Shown: one piece after another, positions 43,278-55,700 of the stretch | Numbering within the stretch: the first letter of the stretch is position 1 | Layout of the letters: each line of letters begins with the position of its first letter | NCBI GenBank assembly: GCA_030141605.1 | Contig: JAQGDQ010000323.1 | Coordinates: forward strand, 186,001 to 250,000 | DNA length: 64,000 nt | Direction: 5' to 3' | From: Tubiluchus corallicola | Lineage: Eukaryota > Animalia > Priapulida | Translations under genes and position numbers: made by a program | The notes under the pieces: generated by a model | Told to the model about the DNA's origin: nothing | Database searches by the model: none | What the model saw: only the letters and a program-made list of their open reading frames with translations

Positions 43278-45517
43278 CTGGAAAAATTGCTAAAATTAAG
43301 CTGAACATAAAACTGTATTTATGCAGAGAGCTTGAAATACAGTAGAAATGAGTGTAACAACAAGAAAACCAGAAATGGGATGTGTCTATTCCATATTTTG
43401 CTGATTGTCAATTGATCCAGGAACTTATTTTGAAGTTACCAAAGTCACCAAAGCTGGTACTGGTTTCCAAGACTTCTGCAAATACGGACCTTACAGATTA
43501 TTGTGAGAGACATTTGTAATAATAACCGTGCATAAACTGTACAATAGCCTTCTATTTTGTTGTCAGTAAAATTTAACAATAATTTAATTTTTACTATTTT
43601 ACACTGTGGCACATGTACTAAGTGACGGTTTCCAGTTAAACAGAACCTTTCAGCTTTATATACTTTTTAACATATGCTCCATGAAAGTAATTGCCAGCAG
43701 CAAATCCTCTGGCCTGTCGTGGGCTGATGCTAACATTCAATACAAAGTGTGTCACTAGTTCGTACCGACTACACGTGACCATTAAGGTCCTGAAGCAAAG
43801 CCCACTGTTTTGTTCGGCCAGTTTCCCAGCGCTTTCACAATGAGGAAGTGATAACAGTGAAGAAAGTTCACGATCAAGAAATCTTTGTGCAAAATGAGAG
43901 CTATGAAACTCGACCACGTTTCTTGAAACAGTTGAACGCGATAAATGACAGACGACATAAAATTCAAAGTGCTCATATATAAAGGCTTCACTGTGTGTGC
44001 CTGTTTTGTTTCTATTTCACATTCAGCCGTTCTTACCAGGTATTGTAGGCTTCTTCAATTGCTGCGGTAGCATTATCATAAATAGATACTAACTGTTATC
44101 ATTATATCCATTAATTTGAACAAAAATCATGCAACGATGTACATTATATGTATGTAAAATGTATGTTGCTGGAATGATACACTATTGGTGTGAAATAAAT
44201 AAACTGAATTTAATTTAATTACAAGTATTTTTATGCTTTATGTGTGATTACAAGTTGTAGGAGTGCATAGTGCTATAAAAAAAGAAAGCCAAAACATAAT
44301 TAATACAAAAAAGAACTGATAATAATGATAATAAATTTCAAATTTATCCAAATCTCAATTATCCTGTATGGCAGAGGAGGAAGTCTAACATTTACAAGCA
44401 AGACATTTTTCACAAAAATAGTAAGTAGAAGCAATAAATTAATAATATTGTGCAAAAGAAATTACACTAATCTAGTTAAATTCTGACATATAATACTAGC
44501 AAACTTCGCCAAATTATTTAATTCTTTTGTACTGGTAGCTGAGAAACGCATGTATAGGCATTTAACAAGTATTTCTTAATTTGTATCGTATGTGCTGTGT
44601 GTCGCTAACCAAGCTATAAAGTGGTCACTTTGGAGTCAATGAGATTAAGCGTGTGCAAGTGCAACTATCCCCGAGGGCCGTTGGACAACAATGAGTTTCT
44701 GGTCGTTGTGCTCAAAACAGAGGTTTATTATACAACGTGTAAAGGGTTATCTTGGAGCAATACAGGTTCGTGAGCAAAGCAGGCATTCTAACTCTATTCT
44801 AGTCAGCGGTGATTCTAGAGAAAGGGTTTGATATACGCTTGGTTCTTTCTGTTTCCATAACAAAATAATTATGATGCATAGGTGCTGCGCTGCTGCCACA
44901 GGTGTACTTCTTGTTGCTGCTTATTTTGCAGGTAAATGAAACAAAAATCAATTTCGTATTTGTTATTTTGTTTTGTTTTTATTTATTATTTGCAAATTTT
45001 ATATAAATAATTATTGCGTTCTTGTAACTTTTGTTCATGTAATATTATTTTGTTCTTGCAATGCGCAATGCTTACAATAAAGTCTTTACTAAGCTACTTC
45101 CTTACTTTACATAATAAACCATTTTACGTAGACAGAACTTCAATTTTAAAGGAAAACTGTACCAAGTTTTAGAAAACAGTGTAAATTTAAAAATATTCTT
45201 AACATGAAAGTATTATTACCCCAGAAGCTTAATTTTTGACCTCAGAATTGTCTGGTTTTGAAAATATTATAAGAAACTAGTTAAGCTACACTGTCTAACG
45301 TAATGTGTTTAGTAAAATAAATTTGATGCTAATATTAAGTCTATACAGACACACATCACTTGCATAAGGACAAGAAACTGATTTACTGTTAGCAGTAGGT
45401 CTACTGATCAATTTGGTCGGGATTTGCCATTCATTAAAGCCAGAGCCTTTTAGTACAAACTCGTAGTTATTTAAACTTTGATAAGAAACTCGAAAGGCAG
45501 AAGACGTAAAAAGTTTG

Positions 45518-45590
45518 AATACAACCTGGACTTGAACCAGGGATCTTATGCTTACACTGTAGACACGTTTGACCGCTAGGCCATTGTATT
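45518..45590 (-). ncRNA. tRNA-like unit, same family as 14407-14481
   Basis: Acceptor stem AATACAA/TTGTATT, A box TGGCCTAGCGG, T arm CCTGG-TTCAAGT-CCAGG, TTTTT downstream; flanks align with the 14.4-kb copy. Confidence 0.7.
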
Positions 45591-46738
45591 GTCCAGTACT
45601 CAAGGCAGTTCAAGATTCATCCTTATTGCTGGCCAACCAAATTCAGCATTTCCAATATTAGATCGAGCGCGCTAAAGCGATTCTAATCAAGTAGATTATT
45701 TTTGAGCCTGTGATTAGTGCCATGTAATTTCTTACAATTTATCTAGCAATGCGGATATTAAAAATCAAACTCATCTATTCTACGCTCGCATTAACTCATT
45801 AATTGGAAAATTCTCGTTGTGTTTCCTCGATGTTAAAAAGGTACATCTTTTTAAGAGTTATTGCTGAAATTTTTATTGTATGTCATTATAAACGAAATTT
45901 GACAAAATACGCATTGCATATGATAATGGCATCTGGAAGCTGTTTAAATGATTGTAGTGCTTCTGGCACCTGTGTAAATTTATCATGGCTACATCTTTCG
46001 CACTTTGATTGGAAAGCCTGTTATAGTATAAAAAACGATTACTAGAACTTGTGAACAACGAGCGTCTGCTAGCTATTGTCAACTCTGTACGATTCATACG
46101 ATCTCGTTATTTTAAGATGTGGAACAACAGACTGTTTGCAAACAATAATCATAATAACATGGTAGATACGAACGTAAATTTACCGTATGTATTGTATATA
46201 GTAGTATCTTTATTGCAGCTTTTATTGCAGTATTTAATGTAGTGTGATGTAAAATGTAGTGTTTTTACATGCTTTAATAAAGTAATTAACCTAATCTAAT
46301 CTAATGAGCAATCTGTTTCAGGATTCGCAGGAACCGGTTATCAAGACGTGTTTAGCTTGTCGTTTGCCTAATATAATTTTCCACTGCGAATATTTATTGT
46401 AGTCTCAACTAATGACCACATGCTGCATTATTCTCAACTAAGCTATTTTACTAGAGCCTGACAGAGTGACCATTTGGGAGGTGGTTAGAGACGAGGTGGG
46501 ATTGTGGGTAGTTGAGGTCATTACTTATGCACTGATGACGAAGATATGTATTATTTCTTGTTGCACGACAAATCACCTATTTGTTCAATCAGACCTTTAC
46601 TCTCCCAATCAATTTGTAAAAACTTGGTTATGAGACTTTTTTTTATTTGTGCATGAGTCTGGTAAATCAGTCATTCGGTGAGTGGTTAATTGCATTGAAA
46701 ATCTACATCTTTTTTGACGTATTGTTTATATGTTTCAG

Positions 46739-49700
46739 AGGCGTCTATTGGAATTCAGACAATAGAAGCTTCACATTCACGATGGAATAATTCACAGTTA
46801 CAAGAATGTCCTCGAGTTATCCCAGCACTCACACCTAGTCTGTTCTCAAATGTTGCACCTGTAATCAACTTTGGATTACCTGGACAAATTGGTATGTTGT
46901 GTAAAACTATTATGAACATGCAAATAGAATATATAATGTGCGATAGAATGCACTTACATGCCAAATTAAATTAGAAACAAAATAAAAATTTTTTTGTTTT
47001 TTTAGCAGAATTCAGATCATTTCTTGAATTTGATTTGCAACAGCTTGCGAGCACTTGTCTTTTTGCGCTTGTAAAATTGTTCCAAATTTGTTCATCTAGA
47101 ATTTTGTGCAAATATTTACGCAAAAAACATTTCTGTTGTTGTGAAATAAATATTATTCACGAAAAGGGTCGATCCAGTCACATTTACTTAAAAAGAACTT
47201 GAAGGTTTAAAAATGAATAGCTGAGCAGTGGCGGTGTGTGCTTAGCTACAAAAGTTAAACCGTGCCAAGCCTAGTTAGTAAACAGATGAGGGACTAACGG
47301 GGTATGCTTCCAATCGTTTGCATATACTACCTTCAGTCTACTTCTGTTTTGAGGGAGGTTATATACATCCTACTTTGACTTGATTTCTCTCAGAGAATAT
47401 GTCCTTGATAACAAACTAAGTTCTGGTCCTGGTACCACAAGGATTTACAGCTTAAGCAGGCCATGTGCTCTAATGTAATTGCATATACATCGCAAAACAT
47501 CTGACTGAACCATATCAAAACCATGATTCTGGTTTTAAGAGGTTCTAAAAATTTACTACCCTGATGTTTTAAAAGTTGCAGAGTGTGTCAGACGACTGCT
47601 TGTGAAAAGTGAATTCTGGGTAGATTTTTAGGGAGTCTGTCGGGAGAATTCCTGTATTCATTGCATGGCAGAGCTCAATTGATCTTAGTAAATTCATGGT
47701 TTATACAAGAATAAATGCTGCAGAACACAATCATCCTGTGCTGTGCTGCAGAACACAATCGTCCTGTGCTGTGCTGCAGAACACAATCGTACTGTGCTGT
47801 GCTGCAGAACACAATCATCCTGTGCTGTGCTGCAGTTATTCTAGTTTATATAATGAATTCACTAAACTCAAGGCAATTCTATTGAGGAATGGAGACTTTC
47901 ATACCATTAATTCACTTTTTCTAGTGCAAGCTTTACCAAGGTACATTGCAAAGAAGCTACAATGGAAACTGAAAGGGCACCGTTGGGCAATTATAATCGA
48001 AATGCTTGAGCGGTCAAACGCCTTCGTGACAGGTAAGCATACAAGCCATGCCACCATAACTAACTCCACTACTACCACCGTTAAAAGCAACAACAGCAAC
48101 CATATCTGCTACTATGCCGCAGACTGTGACAGCTCTGTCACTAGCAGCACCAATGGGGCAGCAGAAGCAGGAACGACGACAATGACGACGACGATAAAAA
48201 TGACAACAACAACGAATGTGCAGTTTGCGAAAGGCAATAGTTCATAAATGCCTAAATACCCATTGCAGCTTTGCAAAGCAAGAGTGCAAACCACTAATCT
48301 TGCAGGAGGTACCGCAATGTCAGGGAACCTCCAATAATACACAGTCATATCTTGCTAGAGGTGCCACAAATCTTTATGGACAGTCCGTTTTCTCACTGTT
48401 TCTCGTGTTTTTGGCACCCCCAGCAAGTTAACAAGATATAGCCAAGAACCACATGAAGCTAAATAGATTTGCACAGTGTCGGATTTGAATTTTGTACGCC
48501 CTGGGCTACCAGTACTGTATGGCCCCGGCCCCCAGTGACAATTATCAAAAGCACGAATGTTGAATTCTCCAAATCAGTTTCTTCAACTTCTACGACATAA
48601 TGCCAACATTAGGCCTAAGATGACACTTAGATGGCCTAACACAGCAAAAAGGAAAGAGATGTTCTGCCTGATATTATCTGTCTATATTATTTGACAATAT
48701 CTGACAATATCTGTCTGATGGTTACAAAACTAAAATAAGTTTTTGAAATAATAAATATAATGTAAATACAATATGTACAAATTACAATAAATTGAAATCT
48801 TGTCAGAGGAAATGTGACCTCAATTGCTACAAAATTGCGTCATCGTGCCTGGATGCCATGGTGGCAGGACCAGTGAGTAGGAACAATGGACAAGAAAACA
48901 ATTCCAGTGCATTATTCCGCATACTTCTACTCTCATCCTGTAGTAACTTTTCACAGTAAATTAATTTCACTTAATCTGTGGAGGGACCTCATCTGGCGGA
49001 GGTCCCTGCACAGCCTGCAGCCCATAAAGCTCAGGATTTGCAGCAAGGAAAACGACAAAGTGTATTGTGCATCACGAAGGATATTGAAAACGACAGAAAA
49101 ATGCAGAACACAGATTATATGTAAATAACCAAAGCCATAGGTTTTGTAGACTCCATAGGCTAGGTTTCTAAAGTATACTACCAAATTTATACAATATGAT
49201 ACTATTATAAAGACCTCTGTGAATCATAATTCTTCAATCTTAATATGACGCTACATTCTATGAAAGTACATACAGTAGGCAAATGATATTGTAAACTACA
49301 GATACTATAGTCTGGCACAGATTAGTTCAGACAGAAATTACCATTTACTTCCAGCAGTGAAGCTAACTTAAATCGCTGAAACTGTCTTTAATAGGTAAGC
49401 TAATATGGAATAAAATCAAACTAAATAATCTCAATTAAAAAATAGAAAACTACAACTGTACGTGTTTTAAATTAACTCATACTTAGTTTTCATGTTCCAA
49501 ATTTCGTATCTTATCTCTGAGAATACTGTCGGTAAATCATCTGATTTTACTTTGTTGCTTTACTCGTTTGTGAAGTAACTTTATCAATTTCGCTGTCTCG
49601 TTCTTCTTGTTGTCCACATAATAAGTTTTTAGCCAGTTTTTATATTGCGATATTACAATAGAGTTACTGTAAAATTTTATAAAGAAAACGGATGCATTAC

Positions 49701-52700
49701 AACGGTAAATTGTCATTGTGCATTAAATGACATATTCACCAAAAAACGGTTACTACGACAACGAAAAATAGCGTTCCAAATAGTACATCCAGACAGATGG
49801 GCAGACCAAAACTCAATAAGCAGTTACAATTCCGGATAGTATAACTTACTTTCGACGAAGACAATTTGTTGGAATTTAGTGTTTAATGAATCAATATTAA
49901 TTATTTTACCAATAAACAACTTTGTTAAGGCTAGTACACATACTTTTATCACGAATGGGACATCCAGACTTTTACAGAATGGGGTGTTCTATAGCCCACT
50001 TTATTCTGTAACATAGATGATGAAAATTATAATCGTTGAAGAAAATTCAACTTTGTGTAAAATGTTGCGCGATTTATCCGTAATGGCCAACCTACAGTTT
50101 GCAAAATTGAATGTAATGCTACAAAGATGACTACAATGAGTTCCAAACTCTTACTAAGTTCTGATGTTAGTTCTGAAGATGGTCGTTTTATTTGGTTGTT
50201 GTTTTTATTTTGTTTACTATATTCGCCTTGCATGCCACCAGCGCCGAATTATGACCCTTTAGGGTCCCTAGACTAATGAAATAAAGGTACCCTCTTAGAC
50301 GAAGCCACTTTCTAACTCGCCCGCACCCGTCTTGAACGTTGTTTACTTGTGAAATGTGTTTATGCGATATTTACGCAGTTTGAAGTAAACTTATTACAAA
50401 TTCCTTAAACAAACTACAATAGCTATCTTTTGTTTGTCAATAAAAATATACTATTTATTGCAAATCAAATTAGTACAACACAACCGTAGTGAAAAAGAGA
50501 CTTTTTTATCAAATGTTACCAAAGCTTGAGGGCGTCCAAACTTGAGATGCCCCAAACTGTAGCCTATACTAGCTTACAGGAAAATACAGCCCTACCTGCT
50601 ACAATTGTTGTTTGTTGACTTTTGTGTGCCAAATAAATACTCTGGTTTGCAGATTCGGAAGACAAAATGTGGCTTGGCTGTTTCTGTCAATTACGAATCG
50701 AATTTGGCGAGCTTCAGCCATATCAGAAGGTGAGTTCATAACCTGACAAGATTGTGTAATCCAATACCCAATGCCAAAGCAATGCTCAATTAGAAATTAA
50801 AAAAATGTACCTTCGCTGGGACTCGAATCCAGACCTTTTGCTTTCCGGGTAGCTATGGTAGCCACTACACCGCAGGGGCTCACTGATTTTCATACTCAGA
50901 AATTTACTTATAAGCTGTTATAGGTCTATCAATGGAGAGTTACTGTCCATACTGTATCAAAACACATCAAAAGACCAACCCAATAAGTGCATGAAAGCAA
51001 TATTAAATTAGACGGCCTGAAAAACTTTTACCTTGTGTTGGACTCGAACCAAAGTCTTCTGCTTTCCGGACAGCTACGTTAACTTCTAGGCTTTTCCCTC
51101 TCGGTGGAGGATTTCAACAGCTGGCAAGCCACATCTGCCAGATCAGCATCGCGTTTTAGAAACATATCTTTCATCTAGTTATGCCAAGAAGGCCGGTTGC
51201 TCCAGTTCTGGATTGATCCCGTTTTCCAGAGTGCGGAAGCATAAACGTGTAAAAAAGTTACAAGATCTTATTGAAAATTAGAAACGGTGGGGTTTATCGA
51301 GTTTTTGTTTTGAACCCATTCTGCTAAGGCTCAAAAAAGTTCATAATCCAAAAATAAAACGTAGAATACAATTAGCTTCTGTTTTTTCTGGCGTAAGTTG
51401 GATTCATGATCTTTCTGTTGGTAACGAAATTTGGGAAGAAACGGGATGGTTTTTGTATTTCAGCACAATCACTTTCCCGGATCAGGAAAAGAAACGTGCC
51501 GGAAGGACAGTTTCTGGAGGAACATCAAATTTCTAATTTCCAAATATGGAATAGAAGATTTTAGCTTCGTACCTCTTACGTTTATCCTACCAGCAGAGAA
51601 GAAGGCATTCCAAAGATATTTGGAAGAGAATCCTAAAGAAAGACAGTGGATTTATAAACCGGTATTCAGAACTTTTATAATTTTGTTTTTTTCGAAATAA
51701 TTATTATTAAGTCTATGATACACCGAAGCTTCGAGCGTCTGGTGTCTCGAAGTGTTTCAACGTCAATTGTCAATGCGAGATTAAACCAAAGATCTTGAAA
51801 ACGGACCCTGGAAACCAGACGCTGGATGTTCTTTTGTTTTTAGCGTCTGGGGTCCAGCGTTTGTTCCTCAAACAGCAAATGACGATTGCGTCGGAAACTT
51901 TGTCCGTTTCTGTCAAATGTATCAAAAAGAAAAGCATTGCAAAAATAAGTCTGATCTATCGTCCATTTGGTTTTTCTGTGACGGACATATGATTGGACGC
52001 CGGAAACTTTGTTGTTAATTTGCTACTCAGTCAGCGCTGGATGCTGGACGCTATATCGTAGGCTTTATACACCTTACACAGACCAATGATGTTACCTTTC
52101 ATTTATTATGATTTGAATGCAGAACGTACGGATGTACAAATAGAATTTAAAAGACAAGCTAATAAAAATGTGAAATGAAACCCTTTAACATCTTTTGTTT
52201 AATACTGTAAGCCTAAGACTACTTTATTTTAGGTTGACGGTTTTGGAGGCAAAGGAATTGGTGTCATCAGCAACTGGGACCAGCTACCGAACAAACGTAA
52301 AAAGCTCGTCGTGCAAAGGTGAGGTTCCGCGCACGTCATTTCACATCTTTGGCCCAAGTACGGTCCAACTCTAAGTAACCATTGGTGCAGGAATTTTGTC
52401 GAGAGTAGTACATTGTGCAGGTAGAAACTTACAGAAGGAATACAAAATAGCATAAGAAAAATAAACAAGGTATAAATAAACACATTTTTATGCTATTCTA
52501 AGATGCGACATTTTTAAGGGTAGTGTGTTCTGATGGACCAGTCACAATGTTTTTTAACTATTATCCAGATGACAGTATAAGACCATACAGAGTAAATTTT
52601 TAATACTTATATGCCTACATCATTGTGCAGCCTTACCATTACCATGTACAAATTTGTATAAATATAAGTTTTTTGAGGGTTGTTCCACAAATAGGCCTGT

Positions 52701-55700
52701 ATCGCCCACAAAGCTCTTCAGTAAAAAGGCCCCCCAGGCATTGTTGGCAACCTGAGATACGTATCTTCGCAAAATGCATTGGGAAAATTTGCTCTCCTGA
52801 ATTTTGAGGGTCTGGCTCACGAACTAGGATGTTAATGAACCGGTTAACAAGAAAAGCCCAAAGATTTGAGATATGGGACGTTTTGTAAAATGTTGCTTTT
52901 GCGTAAATCTGTGTCAAAATATCACAATTTGAGCGGCTTCTTAACTCGTATATTTTCTGGAGTCTTCTACACGTTCCTAATGCTGGCTCAACATATTGCT
53001 ATAATATCTGTTAAATCAGTGAAAAGATAATCCATTTTAAGCAATCAACTTTGACTTCAAGCTAACTTAATTTTTAAAAAAATATTAATTTTGTCATTTG
53101 TGTTTTTGATCTGTTTTATACCGTTTTGGAATCGCTCAACAGACAATTTGGGCCCCATTCTAAGATAAATCTAGTTACGGGCTTTCCGGCCATTAGTAAA
53201 TATTTAATTGAAAGAAATCCAATAGTAAGTGGCATTCATTCAGTAATCACAAGTAATCACTTTCCATACCTTGACCACATAAATTAATATTTTAAATGCC
53301 ACTGGTACCACCATTTTTTATGTAAGTTACATATAACAAAACATATTTCAGATACATAGAGAACCCATACCTTATTGAGGGATTCAAATTTCACATTAGA
53401 GTCTACGTCTGTGTCACGTCAGTTGAACCGCTGAGGATCTATCTCCACGAGGAAGGGATGACCCGTTTTGCTAGCGAAAGGTAAGTATTGAGGAAGAACC
53501 TTTATTAAACGTTGAATATTAACCACTAGATGTCACTTATAGAATTTCGCGCTGAAGTAGTGCCACTTGCTGCCGCCCAACACTTGTTTTGGTTATTATT
53601 GTAATTGCCATTATTCGGAATAAACACGTTTAAGATTTCTTTGGGGAATGTGTTACGAATTCTCTATTTTTTCAAACTTTTACACAATGTTATCTTTGGC
53701 CATTACTTGACTGATAACCTAACTGATGATACTGATACCTTGAATCAGCCAAGATTATTTTACATAAGAGCCGATGTATTATTAGGAGATTTGGTTACTG
53801 TTCTGCACATGTCAAAGAGGTACTGTTCCGATCATACTGTACTCAGTTCTACTGTTCTAGCTGTGCTGACGCAATCAGAATGATCACGTGACCGGGGATT
53901 GTTCGGCGCGCACGAGTCTGCAGGAGACGAGTGTAAAAGGGCGGACATGCTTGTTTAGATTACTAGTGCTATAAAAGGTTTCGTTAGCGTCTTTGTTTGT
54001 GAAATTGTCGTAGAAGTTTTTGTTTCACACCGCAAGTTGTGTAATACAGAAGATATCAATATACAAATATTTGTGGCAAGTTCGACTGTTTTACGATTTT
54101 CGATATTACAAGTAAATTATAGATAATTAGCGCTGAAGTGGCGAAGTGGCAGGGCATCGCCACACTAGCCAATGGGTGAAATTTAATTTGTACAATATTC
54201 GTAAATTTAGATCTGCGTATAAAACTGCTGTTAGAATTTTTTTTAATTATGAATATGGCACTAGAGCTTCGTATGTGTGTGCAATGAACCGTATATAGTA
54301 TATCTGGTCAAGAATCAATGAGAATCAATCAATGTGATAATTTCATTATTACTGGTTTTATTAATTTATGTGGCGTACGATACAGATCAAACTTCGTGTA
54401 GCACTGGTCGCAGGTACTTTTATCAGGTTCAATTATATAACCTCTGCGTCTAGGATAACTTTTACTTTGTATGTAATTTTTTACCCTAATATCAAATCTT
54501 ATGTGTCTTTCTAATTATAGATTTTTAACATTGTATGCTATAATTTTAATTTTATTGTATGTGTGTATATATTTGTGTATGGCTTTTAGCTGAAATAAAC
54601 TGATAAATTAAAAAAAATATTTCAAACGACCTATCCCCAAGACAATTAGATTTATGTATATACTTAAAATGGTTTTCTTGTAATAGTATTTTGTTTCCAT
54701 AACACCAGTTCTCATTAAGCCAGACAAACGATGCTTAGAACCTCACGACCTCAAGACAACCCATATTGTTTCTTGTTACACATTTTTCCTGTTTTTGGCT
54801 ATATATTAATAGAGCTTGCAACCAATGGCAAATTAACTGTGGACATACGTCTATAATAATTTCTTTAATACTTATTATTGCAGATATTCTGTAAACCTTG
54901 GAGAGCAAAATAACACGTTCATTCACATTACAAACAGCCATGTCAATGCTAAGAATAAACGTTCGAAAATGGAATTTAGATTGTTTCCACTGGATCAATA
55001 TGCATGGTAAGTGTTGGTTTTATGGCATTTCTATCATTGTGTTGCATTCATTCGCCATAACATGGACCAGTATTCTCCAAAATTAGCCTTGGACCAACAA
55101 CTAAGTTTCACGTATTGGTACCATCTCAGGGTGAAATTTTCATTGTAATTTTTTCTTATACATCTTTAGGTTACATTCCTATGTTACAGACCTTGCCAAA
55201 TGGTAGTTTATTACCGGTATGATTTCTGGGCCCACACCTGAAAAGCCAGGTTAGTGCAAATTTAGTGCAAGGATGAGACTAAACAATGTTGCAGCCGTAT
55301 AGGCATAAAACATTTACTTAGTTTAGTAAACATGATAATCAACTGCATAGTAACAGAAAGAAATTGAAAAGCCAATCATGGCGTATTGTTGGCATCCTTC
55401 CGTCTCGGAAGACAATGGAATGTGCGCCAAGAGAGTCAGTTATTGATCACATTGATGGAGCTGCAGTGTCAACTGTGGCTGAGCAGTGCGATCCTTGAAC
55501 GTCTCCAGGGCGCACGCCTGGGCAAGGTGTATGGAGATCCTAAGTTGCCCAGACAGCAGGAACCCCCTCTCTTCCTCCCTGGTGTAGTCCAAAGGAAAGT
55601 GGAGCGATACGTTTGGCACCAGGTTGGCTGTAGGAGCTGCCGGAGTCAGTGAGCATGTTGCACTGTTCTGCCTTCGGGGCTCCACTCGTGATTTGGAAGG

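Noticed and set aside
43636-44000. Minus-strand ORFs as the missing upstream exons of the inverted TTLL copy
   Set aside because: No TTL motifs and no suitable donor site.
46051-46242. ORF (MWNNRLFANNNHNNMVDT) as the first TTLL coding exon
   Set aside because: Position is plausible, but no donor unambiguously matches the phase of the 46739 acceptor; left unresolved.
48470-50600. Decayed hAT-like MITEs or transposase remnants (also ~35800-36230, ~57040 and ~59570-60295)
   Set aside because: GC-rich terminal-like patches are visible, but paired TIRs and TSDs could not be fixed with confidence.
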